A stretch of 40,000 bases of DNA from Methylibium sp. (GTDB taxonomy: Bacteria; Pseudomonadota; Gammaproteobacteria; Burkholderiales; Burkholderiaceae_C), in contig NZ_OZ257250.1 of the NCBI RefSeq assembly GCF_965279545.1, positions 445,005 to 485,004 of the forward strand, given 5' to 3'. Positions 27,600-38,136 of this stretch are shown here, piece by piece. Each line of letters begins with the position of its first letter. Position 1 is the first letter of the stretch. Below the pieces are notes generated by a model that had not been told where the DNA came from, made no database searches, and was given only the letters and a program-made list of their open reading frames with translations. The position numbers were made by a program, and so were the translations under genes.

Positions 27600-28334
27600 T
27601 CATGGTCGGCGGTCCTCGGTCAGGTCGTCGGGGTAGGCGCGCTCGACGGCGTCGAGCATCGACCACAGCACGTCGAGCTTGAACTGCAGGATCTCGATCG
27701 CGCGCTCCTGCTTCGCGCGGGTGTCGCCGAACGCGATGGCGACCTCGAGCCCGTGCTCCACGTCGCGCTGCGCCAGCGGGATGCGGCTGCGGAAATAGGC
27801 CAGGCCCTCGGCGGCGATCCACGGGTACATGCTGGGCCAGCCGGCCAGCCGGTCGGCGTGGATCTTGGGTGCGAACATCTCGGTCAGCGAGGAGATCACG
27901 CCCTCGCGCCAGGGCGCACGGCGCGCGAAGTTCACGTAGGCGTCGACCGCGAAGCGCACGCCGGGCTGCACGTGGCGGTGCGACCACAGGTCCTCGCGGC
28001 TCAGGCCGACGGCCAGCCCCAGGCGTGTCCAGGTTTCGATGCCGCCGGCGTTGGGGCCTTCATGATCGCCATGGCCGTCGTGGTCGAGGATGCGATCGAT
28101 CCAGCGGCGCCGCGTGGCGCGGTCCTCGCAGTTGGCCATCACCGCGGCGTCCTTCATCGGGATCGCCTGCTGGTAGTAGAAGCGGTTGGCGACCCAGCCG
28201 CGCACCTGGAAGGGCTGCAGGGCACCGCTGTTGAGCCGCTTGTTGAAGGCGTGGTGGATGTGATAGCCGGACTCCTTGGCACGCAGGCGCGCCTCGAACT
28301 CCGCGGGTGACCAGGGCAGCAGGGCGGTACTCAC
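27600..28334 (-). CDS. pqqC: pyrroloquinoline-quinone synthase PqqC
   Basis: 244 aa, GTG start. ...[16 protein letters not shown]...[11 protein letters not shown]... is PqqC-like throughout. Confidence 0.95.
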   Translation of the reverse strand: MSTALLPWSPAEFEARLRAKESGYHIHHAFNKRLNSGALQPFQVRGWVANRFYYQQAIPMKDAAVMANCEDRATRRRWIDRILDHDGHGDHEGPNAGGIETWTRLGLAVGLSREDLWSHRHVQPGVRFAVDAYVNFARRAPWREGVISSLTEMFAPKIHADRLAGWPSMYPWIAAEGLAYFRSRIPLAQRDVEHGLEVAIAFGDTRAKQERAIEILQFKLDVLWSMLDAVERAYPDDLTEDRRP

Positions 28335-28450
28335 AGCACGTGGTCTCCGTCGTGTTGAAGCCGATCGACGGCCTGGCGGTCGACCACCGGCGCTGTTCGC
28401 TCGCTTCGATCCCCGCTGCGCGGGGCCCCTCTTGCGCGGCTCACAGCACG
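28330..28450. repeat. 11-bp perfect direct repeats bracketing a 110-bp pqqB/pqqC spacer
   Basis: ctcacagcacg occurs at 28330-28340 (covers the pqqC GTG start) and again at 28440-28450 (covers the pqqB stop). A second shared block (tctcc..gtcgtg) follows each copy. Confidence 0.8.
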
Positions 28451-29373
28451 ATCTCCATGCCGTCGTGCGCGACCTCGATGCCGCGGCGTGCGAGCTCGGC
28501 GCGTTCGAGGCCGTGGTCGTCGAGGATCGGGTTGCTGTTGTTGATGTGGATCAGCAGCTTGCGGCGGGCCTGCGTGCGGTCCAGCGCGTCCATCATGCCG
28601 GCGCGCTGCGGCGAACTGCTCTGCGGCAGGTGCCCCATGTCGGCGGCGAGCTTGCTGCCGAGGCCGGCCTGTACCATCTCGTCCTCGGTCCAGAAGGTGC
28701 CGTCGACGAGCAGGCAGTCGGCGTTGCGCATCCACTCGAGTTCGACGTCGCCCACGTCGGCCAGGCCCGGCGCATAGAACAGCCGCTTGCCCGACAGGCG
28801 GTCGGTGACTTCCAGCGCGATGTTGTCGCCGACCTTCGGGTCGTGCCGGTGCGGCGAATAGGGCGGCGCCTTGCCGGGGATCGCGACCGCCCGAAAACGC
28901 AGCGTCTCGAAGCCGTCGATGACGAACTCGGCCATGCGCTGCTCGCCCGCGACCGGCAGCATGTGCCAGCGCACGCCGCAGTAGTGGTCGAGCACGGTGA
29001 GGATCGGCAGGCCGGTGGTCAGGTCCTCGAACACGCAGGGCGTGACGTAGAGCTCGATCGGCGGCCCTTCGCGCAGGCTCAGCAATCCGGTCGCGTGGTC
29101 GATCTGCGCGTCCATCAGCACCACGGCCTTGATCGGCGAGTCGCGCAGGCCGTGCTTCGGCTGCAGTGCCGGCTGCAGGCGCAGCTGCTGGCCGATGTCG
29201 GGCGACGCATTCAGCAGCACCCAGCGCTGGCCGTCCGGCGAGATCGCGATCGAACTCTGCGTGCGTGGGCGGATCAGCCGCGAGCCGTTGCGCGCGGCCG
29301 CGCACATCGTGCAGTTGCAGTTCCACTGCGGGCAGCCGCCTCCCGCGCCGGAGCCGAGCACCAGGACCTTCAC
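28441..29373 (-). CDS. pqqB: PQQ biosynthesis protein PqqB (metallo-beta-lactamase fold)
   Basis: 310 aa, GTG start. [21 protein letters not shown]... is the typical PqqB N-terminus. Confidence 0.9.
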   Translation of the reverse strand: MKVLVLGSGAGGGCPQWNCNCTMCAAARNGSRLIRPRTQSSIAISPDGQRWVLLNASPDIGQQLRLQPALQPKHGLRDSPIKAVVLMDAQIDHATGLLSLREGPPIELYVTPCVFEDLTTGLPILTVLDHYCGVRWHMLPVAGEQRMAEFVIDGFETLRFRAVAIPGKAPPYSPHRHDPKVGDNIALEVTDRLSGKRLFYAPGLADVGDVELEWMRNADCLLVDGTFWTEDEMVQAGLGSKLAADMGHLPQSSSPQRAGMMDALDRTQARRKLLIHINNSNPILDDHGLERAELARRGIEVAHDGMEIVL

Positions 29374-29659
29374 TGCGCACTCCGGCGTCTGTCGCGCCGG
29401 TCGATCATCACCAACATCGCTTCCCCTCGTCGTCTTCAGTCCCGCGCGAAATCACGCACACTGCGGGCTCGCAACCGAACGCTACCCGTGCCCTTGCGGT
29501 AACGCCAGCCCGTCATGATTTTCTTCCGAGCCACGCATGGGGCCTTGCGCATGCCGCGCAGGGCGTCCGTGTTACGGCAGCTTGCCCGGCGGTCGTCTCT
29601 CCACCGGCGCCTGGAGGTTCACGCACGGTGCGCGGTGGCCGCAACCCCGCATTGACCCT

Positions 29660-30661
29660 GTGAGCTTTTCCGACGATCCGGGGCAAACCCTCGTCCCTGC
29701 CTTGCCGCAAGGCGACTGGCTGGCTCCCGCTGAAGGCCACCGCGTCTGGTGGTGCGAGGGCGGCGATCCGCAGGGCTTGCCGGTGTTGATCGTGCATGGC
29801 GGCCCGGGCGGCGCCAGCCGCCTGGAGCCGACACAGTGGTTCGACGGCCTGCCGGTGCGCTGGATCGCGATCGATCAGCGTGGCTGCGGGCGCAGCCTGC
29901 CGCTGGGCGAGACGGCCCACAACGACCTCGGCACGCTGCTCGACGACATGGAGCGCCTGCGCGCGGGTCTCGGTCTGCCCTGCTGGGCGCTCGCCGGAGG
30001 GTCCTGGGGTGCTCGCGTGGCGCTGACCTATGCCTTGCGGCAGCCGCAGCGGGTGCGGGGCCTGCTGTTGCGCAGTCCCTTTCTCGCCACGGCGGCCGAG
30101 ACGCGGCGCTATGTCGCGGCTTGGCCGCGGTGGCTGGGGGCGGCCGGGCGGCGGTGGTTGGGCCCCGCGGCGGCGGACGCGTTCTTCGCTTTGTATCAGA
30201 GCGAACCAGCACTGCTCCACGATGGTTCAGTGTTTACCCTCGATCGCTTGGGGGCCGATGAGCACGTTGCGCGTGTCTGGTCGGCTTACGACGCGGCGCA
30301 GTCGGTGCCGGGCGGTGTGCTGGCCAGCCAGGCGGGCTTCGATCCGGCGGCCTTGCCGGAGTCCACGCCGCGTCTTTTGGCGTCCTGGCGCATCCATGCG
30401 CACTATGCTGCGGCCGGCTGGGGGGCTGTCGGAGGTCAAGCGCCGGCGGGCATGCCGGCACTGCACGCCGGCAGCGCGGTGAGCGTGGTGTGGGGCGCGG
30501 CCGACGCGACCTGCGACCCGGCCGTGGCCCGGGTCATCGCGGCGTCGCTGCCCGGTGCCCGGGCGCAGGAGGTGCTCGGGGCGGGGCACCGCATGAGCGA
30601 CCCGCTGCTCGCGCCGGCGCTGCGCGCCGCTGCACGCGAGTGGGTGGCGCGGCTGGCGTAG
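29660..30661 (+). CDS. proline-iminopeptidase-like alpha/beta hydrolase (start GTG 29660; the longest ORF starts at 29537)
   Basis: LIVHGGPGGAS oxyanion-type motif and GGSWGA nucleophile elbow. Divergent from pqqB. Confidence 0.75.
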   Translation: MSFSDDPGQTLVPALPQGDWLAPAEGHRVWWCEGGDPQGLPVLIVHGGPGGASRLEPTQWFDGLPVRWIAIDQRGCGRSLPLGETAHNDLGTLLDDMERLRAGLGLPCWALAGGSWGARVALTYALRQPQRVRGLLLRSPFLATAAETRRYVAAWPRWLGAAGRRWLGPAAADAFFALYQSEPALLHDGSVFTLDRLGADEHVARVWSAYDAAQSVPGGVLASQAGFDPAALPESTPRLLASWRIHAHYAAAGWGAVGGQAPAGMPALHAGSAVSVVWGAADATCDPAVARVIAASLPGARAQEVLGAGHRMSDPLLAPALRAAAREWVARLA

Positions 30662-30690
30662 CTGGTTGCAGGTGCTGCGCGTTGCTGGCG

Positions 30691-30858
30691 AGGCCGCCGG
30701 GTAAACGGCTCCGCTCGTGTCCCCCGGCGCCGGCCTCACGGCCGTCCCCTCCTCCTTTACCTCACTTCGCCATTCACCCGACGCCCTCGCCAGCACTCAC
30801 CATCGCCGCCTGCGAAGGTATTCGAGCTCTGGCAGGCCGCGGTGGTGGCAGCGCTGGG
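30691..30858 (+). repeat. dispersed ~170-bp intergenic repeat, copy 2 (single arm)
   Basis: Aligns with 9578-9748. Lacks the inverted right arm and abuts motif copy C. Confidence 0.8.
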
Positions 30859-30861
30859 GTT

Positions 30862-30894
30862 GGACGATCTGATGCGTTTGAATGCAAGGCCGTG

Positions 30895-30897
<3 letters not shown>
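30862..30897 (-). repeat. stop-codon-adjacent conserved motif, copy C
   Basis: Read on the minus strand from the regulator stop: TGACACGG CCTTGCATTCAAACGCATC AGATCG. Confidence 0.6.
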
Positions 30898-32994
<2,097 letters not shown>

Positions 32995-33216
32995 CGAGCC
33001 ATCCTTTCATGCCGCCGGTGGCGGCCAGTCTCTCGTGCCGGCAGTGGGGGCTGCGTTCACAGAAGCCACGGTGCCAGCTTGGGTACGAACCTTCGCGGTC
33101 ATTGTGAGCCTGCCTGTGCCGGAAGATATGGAAGTCGTGTTCAGTTTCGCAGCACCCGCTGCCGGCGTGGTCGGCGGCAGTGGCGGGCGCTCAGGTGGGC
33201 GGCGAAGCGCCGGATG

Positions 33217-33259
33217 AATGCTCCCGTCTCATCGGAGCATTGCTGCAGGGGAGCAATTG
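33217..33259. promoter_or_regulatory. candidate activator-binding repeats upstream of the aor operon
   Basis: AATGCTCC-N9-GGAGCATT is a perfect 8-bp inverted repeat (33217-33241). A third half-site, GGAGCAATTG (33250-33259), follows. The cluster lies ~150-190 nt upstream of aorA. Confidence 0.3.
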
Positions 33260-33407
33260 TCCTGCGACGGATCAGGGTAAGCACCGGATATGAAGTGATG
33301 TGTTCAATCCAGAACATAGGCAGACTGATTCCTAGCGCGAGTCCGCAGTTTGCTGCACGCCAGGAAGCTTCGACCCGATCACCCCAACGCCAGCGGAGAC
33401 GCCAGCC

Positions 33408-33884
33408 ATGCAGAAGACCCTACACCTTGACCCCGAGAAATGCACTGGCTGCCTGCAGTGCGAAATGGCGTGCTCCTTCGAGAACTACGGTGTCTACGCG
33501 CCCAGCAAGTCGCGCATCAAGGTGTTCGACTTCCACCACACCGGCCGCAAGGTGCCCTACACCTGCACGCAGTGCGACGAAGCCTGGTGCCTGCATGCCT
33601 GTCCGGTGGAGGCCATCACGATCGACGGCGCCACCGGCGCCAAGATCGTCAACGAGACCACCTGCGTGGGCTGCAAGGTCTGCACCATCAGCTGCCCGTT
33701 CGGCACGATCAACTACGTGCAGGAGACCGGCAAGGTCCAGAAATGCGACCTGTGCGGCGGCGAGCCGGCCTGCGCGGAAGCCTGCCCGACCGGCGCCATC
33801 ACCTACGTGGACGCGAACTGGACCGGCCTGAACAAGATGCAGGCCTGGGCCGACAAGCTCGGCAACCAGAGCGCTGCGGCTTAA
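33408..33884 (+). CDS. aorA: poly-[4Fe-4S] ferredoxin-like electron-transfer subunit, AorA-like
   Basis: 158 aa with four CxxCxxCxxxCP-type clusters (CTGCLQCEMAC, CTQCDEAWCLHACP, CVGCKVCTISCP, CDLCGGEPACAEACP). GGAGA Shine-Dalgarno sequence. Confidence 0.8.
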   Translation: MQKTLHLDPEKCTGCLQCEMACSFENYGVYAPSKSRIKVFDFHHTGRKVPYTCTQCDEAWCLHACPVEAITIDGATGAKIVNETTCVGCKVCTISCPFGTINYVQETGKVQKCDLCGGEPACAEACPTGAITYVDANWTGLNKMQAWADKLGNQSAAA

Positions 33885-33894
33885 GGAGAATCAC

Positions 33895-35742
33895 ATGTCT
33901 TGGGCAGGAAAAATCCTTCGCGTCAACCTCACGAACGGCACGGTCCAATCCGAGCCGCTGAACATGGAATGGGCCCGGGCCTACCTCGGCTCGCGCGGTC
34001 TCGCGTCCAAATACCTGGTCGAGGAGATCGACCCCAAGGTCGACCCGCTGTCGGCCGAGAACAAGATCATCTGGGCCACCGGCCCGCTGACCGGCACGAT
34101 GGCCTCGACCGGCGGCCGCTACACCGTCGTGACCAAGGGCCCGCTGACCGGCGCGATCGCCTGCTCCAACTCGGGCGGCTACTGGGGCGCCGAGCTCAAG
34201 TTCGCCGGCTGGGACATGGTGATCTTCGAAGGCAAGTCGGCCAAGCCGGTCTACCTGTCGATCGAAGACGACAAGGCCGAGCTGCGCGACGCCTCCCACC
34301 TGTGGGGCAAGAGCGTCTGGCAGACCGAGGAGATCATCAAGAAGCAGCACCAGGATCCGCTGACGCGCGTGTCGAGCATCGGCCTGGCCGGCGAGAACGG
34401 CGTGCTGTACGCGGCGGTGGTCAACGACCTGCACCGCGCGGCGGGCCGCTCGGGCGTGGGCGCGGTGATGGGTGCGAAGAACCTGAAGGCCATCGCGGTG
34501 CGCGGCACCAAGGGGGTCGGCAACATCGCGAACCCGAAGGAATTCATGAAGGTGACCTTCGAGAAGAAGAAGATCCTCGCCGACAACGCCGTCACCGGCC
34601 AGGGCCTGCCGACCTACGGCACGCAGGTGCTGATGAACGTGATCAACGAGATCGGCGCGTCGCCGACGCGCAACCACCGCGACGTGCAGTTCGAGGGCGC
34701 CAAGGACATTTCCGCCGAGGCGATGGCCACGCCGCGCAAGACCGACGGCAAGAAGCCGCTGGTCACCAACCAGGCCTGTTTCGGCTGCACCATCGCCTGC
34801 GGGCGCATCCAGAAGATCGACCAGGGCCACTTCTCGGTCGAGAACAAGCCGCAGTACTGGGGCGCCTCCGGCGGCCTGGAGTACGAGGCGGCGTGGGCGC
34901 TCGGCAACGCCAACGGCGTGAACGACCTCGACGCGCTGCAGTACGCCAACGTGCTGTGCAACGAGCAGGGCATGGACCCGATCTCCTTCGGCGCGACCAT
35001 CGGCGCGGTGATGGAGCTCTACGAGATGGGCGTGCTGACCAAGGAGCAGCTCGGCACCGACGCGCCGTTCGGCTCGGCCCGTGCGCTGGTGCGCTTTGCC
35101 GAGATGACGGCCAACGGCGAGGGCTTCGGCAAGGAGATCGGCCTGGGCTCGGCCCGGCTGACCGCGAAGTACGGCCACCCCGACCTGAGCATGAGCGTCA
35201 AGGGCCAGGAGTTCCCGGCCTACGACAGCCGCGGCATCCAGGGCATGGGCCTGGCCTACGCCACCTCCAACCGCGGCGCCTGCCACCTGCGCGGCTACAC
35301 CGTGGCGTCCGAGGTGCTGGGCATCCCGGTGAAGACCGACCCGCTGGTGTCCGAGGGCAAGCCGGAGCTGGTCAAGGCCTTCCAGGATGCGACCGCGGCC
35401 TTCGACTCGGCCGGCATCTGCATCTTCACCAGCTTCGCCTGGGGCCTGGCCGATGTGCAGCCGCAGGTCGCGGCCGCCTGCGGCGAGGAGTTCACGCTCG
35501 AGAAGCTGAACGAGATCGGCGAACGCATCTGGAACATGGAGCGCGACTTCAACAACAAGGCCGGCTTCACCGCGAAGGACGACACGCTGCCCAAGCGGCT
35601 ACTGACCGAGCCCGCGAAGACCGGCCCGGCCAAGGGCCTCGTCAACAAGCTGCCGGAGATGCTGCCGCACTACTACGAGATCCGCGGCTGGGACGCCGGC
35701 GGCCGGCTCAAGCCCGAGACGCGCGAACGCCTGGGCCTATGA
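33895..35742 (+). CDS. aorB: aldehyde:ferredoxin oxidoreductase family (tungstopterin) catalytic subunit, AorB-like
   Basis: 615 aa. MSWAGKILRVNLTNG...GGRGLASKYL... is AOR-family throughout. AAGGAGAA Shine-Dalgarno sequence. Confidence 0.9.
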   Translation: MSWAGKILRVNLTNGTVQSEPLNMEWARAYLGSRGLASKYLVEEIDPKVDPLSAENKIIWATGPLTGTMASTGGRYTVVTKGPLTGAIACSNSGGYWGAELKFAGWDMVIFEGKSAKPVYLSIEDDKAELRDASHLWGKSVWQTEEIIKKQHQDPLTRVSSIGLAGENGVLYAAVVNDLHRAAGRSGVGAVMGAKNLKAIAVRGTKGVGNIANPKEFMKVTFEKKKILADNAVTGQGLPTYGTQVLMNVINEIGASPTRNHRDVQFEGAKDISAEAMATPRKTDGKKPLVTNQACFGCTIACGRIQKIDQGHFSVENKPQYWGASGGLEYEAAWALGNANGVNDLDALQYANVLCNEQGMDPISFGATIGAVMELYEMGVLTKEQLGTDAPFGSARALVRFAEMTANGEGFGKEIGLGSARLTAKYGHPDLSMSVKGQEFPAYDSRGIQGMGLAYATSNRGACHLRGYTVASEVLGIPVKTDPLVSEGKPELVKAFQDATAAFDSAGICIFTSFAWGLADVQPQVAAACGEEFTLEKLNEIGERIWNMERDFNNKAGFTAKDDTLPKRLLTEPAKTGPAKGLVNKLPEMLPHYYEIRGWDAGGRLKPETRERLGL

Positions 35743-37157
35743 GACACCTGATCCTGGGTGCCGGGCCGGCCGGCGTCATCGCGGCCGAGACGATCCGCAA
35801 GCACGCCCCCTACGACCGCATCACCATCGTCGGCGACGAGCCGGAGCCGCCGTACTCGCGCATGGCGATCCCCTACCTGCTGATGGGCCAGGTCGACGAG
35901 AGTGGCACCTACCTGCGGCGCGACGCCGACCAGTTCCGCAAGCTCGACATCGGCCTGTTGCGCCAGCGCGCGACCCAGGTCGATGCGGCGCGCCGCACGG
36001 TCACGCTCGACAACGGCAGCGTCCTGGGCTTCGACAAGCTGCTGATCGCCACCGGCTCGCAGCCGGTGCGCCCACCGGTGCCCGGCATGGACCTGCCGGG
36101 TGTGCACCCCTGCTGGACGCTGGAGAACGCGCGCCACATCCAGGCGCTGGCCAAGCCCGGCGCCAAGGTGTTGCAGATGGGCGCCGGCTTCATCGGCTGC
36201 ATCATCATGGAGGCGCTGGCGGCGCGCGGCGTCGAGCTCACGGTCGTCGAGATGGGCGACCGCATGGTGCCGCGCATGATGGGGCCGGCCGCCGGCAACA
36301 TGATCAAGGCCTGGTGCGAGAAGAAGGGCGTGCGCGTGTTCACCGGCACCCGCGTCGAGGCGATCGAGGCGGCGCCGTCAGGCGTTACCGAGCCGCCCGC
36401 GGCGGCACCGGTCTCGGCCGAAGGCGGCTTCATCGCCCGTGCGGCGGCGCTGCTCGGCTTCGGCAGCAAGAGCCCGGCGCCGCCCGCGCCCGAGTGGCGC
36501 GAAACGGCACCGGCGCCGCGCGGCAGCGCGATGCGCGTGCGCCTGTCGAACGGGCAGACGGTCGAGGCCGACCTGGTGATCAGCGCCACCGGCGTGAAGC
36601 CGAACGTCGCCTTCCTGAAGGACTCGGGCATAGCCTGCGGGCAGGGCGTGCTGGCCGACGAGCGGCTGCAGACCAACGTGCCCGGCATCTTCACCGCCGG
36701 CGACTGCGCCGAGGCCTTCGACCTGGCAACGCGGACGCGCGTCATCAGCGCGATCCAGCCGAACGCGGCTGACGAAGCCTATGTCGCGGCGATGAACATG
36801 CTGGAGCGCGGCGCCGTGCTCAAGCGCGTGACGCAGATCAACGTGCTCGACACGCTGGGCCTGATCTCGGCGAGCTTCGGCGACTGGCAGGGCGTGCCCG
36901 GCGGCCAGCAGACCGAGATCACCGACCTCGAGGGCTTCAAGCTGCTCAGCCTGCAGTTCGACGCGGAGCGGCTGGTCGGCTGCAACAGCATCGGCTGGAC
37001 CGAGCACGTGGGCGTGATGCGTGGACTGGTCGAAGGGCGCGTGCGGCTCGGCGAATGGAAGGAAAGGCTGCTGGCCGACCCGACGCGCCTGACCGAGGCC
37101 TACATCGCCCAGGGCCAGGCGCAGGAGCGCTGGGTCCAGGCCGGCGCGCACGTGTGA
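35739..37157 (+). CDS. aorC: FAD/NAD(P)-binding pyridine-nucleotide-disulfide oxidoreductase, AorC-like
   Basis: ATGA overlap with aorB. MRHLILGAGPAGVIAAE and VLQMGAGFIGCIIME are dinucleotide-binding motifs. Contains a ~50-aa Pro/Ala-rich insert. Confidence 0.85.
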   Translation: MRHLILGAGPAGVIAAETIRKHAPYDRITIVGDEPEPPYSRMAIPYLLMGQVDESGTYLRRDADQFRKLDIGLLRQRATQVDAARRTVTLDNGSVLGFDKLLIATGSQPVRPPVPGMDLPGVHPCWTLENARHIQALAKPGAKVLQMGAGFIGCIIMEALAARGVELTVVEMGDRMVPRMMGPAAGNMIKAWCEKKGVRVFTGTRVEAIEAAPSGVTEPPAAAPVSAEGGFIARAAALLGFGSKSPAPPAPEWRETAPAPRGSAMRVRLSNGQTVEADLVISATGVKPNVAFLKDSGIACGQGVLADERLQTNVPGIFTAGDCAEAFDLATRTRVISAIQPNAADEAYVAAMNMLERGAVLKRVTQINVLDTLGLISASFGDWQGVPGGQQTEITDLEGFKLLSLQFDAERLVGCNSIGWTEHVGVMRGLVEGRVRLGEWKERLLADPTRLTEAYIAQGQAQERWVQAGAHV

Positions 37158-37182
37158 GCCGTGGCTGGGCGATGATCGCCCC

Positions 37183-37437
37183 ATGAAGATCAGCTTCAAG
37201 CTCTACGCCACGCTGACCGACTACCTGCCGCCCGAGGCCCGCAGCGGCAACCGGGTGGAACTCGACATCGCGCCCGAGGCGACGATCGCCGACGTGATCG
37301 CGCCCTACGGCCTGCCGATGAAGCTGGTGCACCTGGTGCTGGTGAACGGCCACTACGTGGCGCCGGAAAGCCGCGCCGCGCGCACCTTCGTGGACGGTGA
37401 CGTGCTGGCGATCTGGCCGCCGATCGCCGGCGGCTGA
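37183..37437 (+). CDS. MoaD/ThiS-family ubiquitin-like sulfur-carrier protein (AorD-like)
   Basis: 84 aa ending ...WPPIAGG (C-terminal Gly-Gly). Confidence 0.8.
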   Translation: MKISFKLYATLTDYLPPEARSGNRVELDIAPEATIADVIAPYGLPMKLVHLVLVNGHYVAPESRAARTFVDGDVLAIWPPIAGG

Positions 37438-37742
37438 TGCAGGCGCGCTACGCAGCCCGCTTCGAGCGCGACATGGGCTGCACCGAGGCCGAATGGCTCG
37501 GCTGGCTGCCGGGCGCCTGCGGTGTGCATGCGCTGAGCATCGTCGGCGCCGATGCCAGCGCGCAGGTCGCCATCGGCGACGGGACGCTCCTGCTCGCCTG
37601 GTCAGGCCTGCCCGACCGGCAGATCGCGCTGATGCGCCTGCCGCGGCTGGCGGTGAGCTTTCGCTTCACGGGCGTCGACGAAGCCGCCCGCGAACGCTTC
37701 ATGCGCTACTTCGACCTGTTCATGCAGCGCGGCGGCGGGTAG
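37437..37742 (+). CDS. small protein of unknown function, 101 aa (fifth gene of the aor operon)
   Basis: ATG overlaps the upstream TGA by 1 nt (TGATG). Ends ...FMQRGGG. No motif I recognise. Confidence 0.55.
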   Translation: MQARYAARFERDMGCTEAEWLGWLPGACGVHALSIVGADASAQVAIGDGTLLLAWSGLPDRQIALMRLPRLAVSFRFTGVDEAARERFMRYFDLFMQRGGG

Positions 37743-38136
37743 CGCTGCGCGGACACGGGCCTGGGACCGACTGCCTGCGTCGGCTTTGCGGTGGCATGAC
37801 AAACGCCGACATTCGGCTTCAGCACGTGCGTGCAGATCATCGTGGTCGCCAAGCACCGCTGCCTGAAGAACCCCGTCAGTGGCAAGGGCCGGCAGATCGC
37901 CACCCGAGCGGTGCGCTCGGGCTGACGGCAAAGGGCGCAGAGGCTGCACGCCTCAATGCACGATTGCAGCCGCGCATTGACGCGCCATGTGGCTTCGGGC
38001 TTCAATTCATCAACTCGACGCGCCACATTCTGACCATGAACGGCCACCCTCCGCTTCCTCGCGCCGTCACAGTTCATCGTCTCGAAAAGCGGGTTATTGC
38101 CCAGTCTCGTTAGGCCGCGGCGTGAAAGGAGTGTCG

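Noticed and set aside
29438-29515. Short minus-strand ORF MTGWRYRKGTGSVRLRARSVRDFARD (and the 38-aa extension from 29551) as a possible pqqA.
   Set aside because: It lacks the conserved Glu/Tyr (E-x3-Y) core, is highly basic, and has no Shine-Dalgarno sequence.
33210-33407. Possible Moco/Wco riboswitch in the aorA leader (CUCCCGUCUCAUCGG resembles part of the E. coli moaA leader).
   Set aside because: The similarity is limited to ~12 nt, lies ~170 nt from the start codon, and I cannot reconstruct the multi-stem architecture. The inverted repeat is better explained as a protein-binding site.
33900-35738. First 613 codons of the 1085-aa ORF 33900..37157.
   Set aside because: This part is out of frame relative to the AOR-family gene (33895..35742). 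Only the part from the ATG at 35739 onward (AorC-like) is real.
37942-37985. Interleaved stems GGCTGCA/TGCAGCC and CAATGC/GCATTG giving an H-type pseudoknot topology.
   Set aside because: My rough estimate is that a 7-bp inverted repeat is expected about once by chance in a 400-bp region of this composition. I have no supporting conservation.
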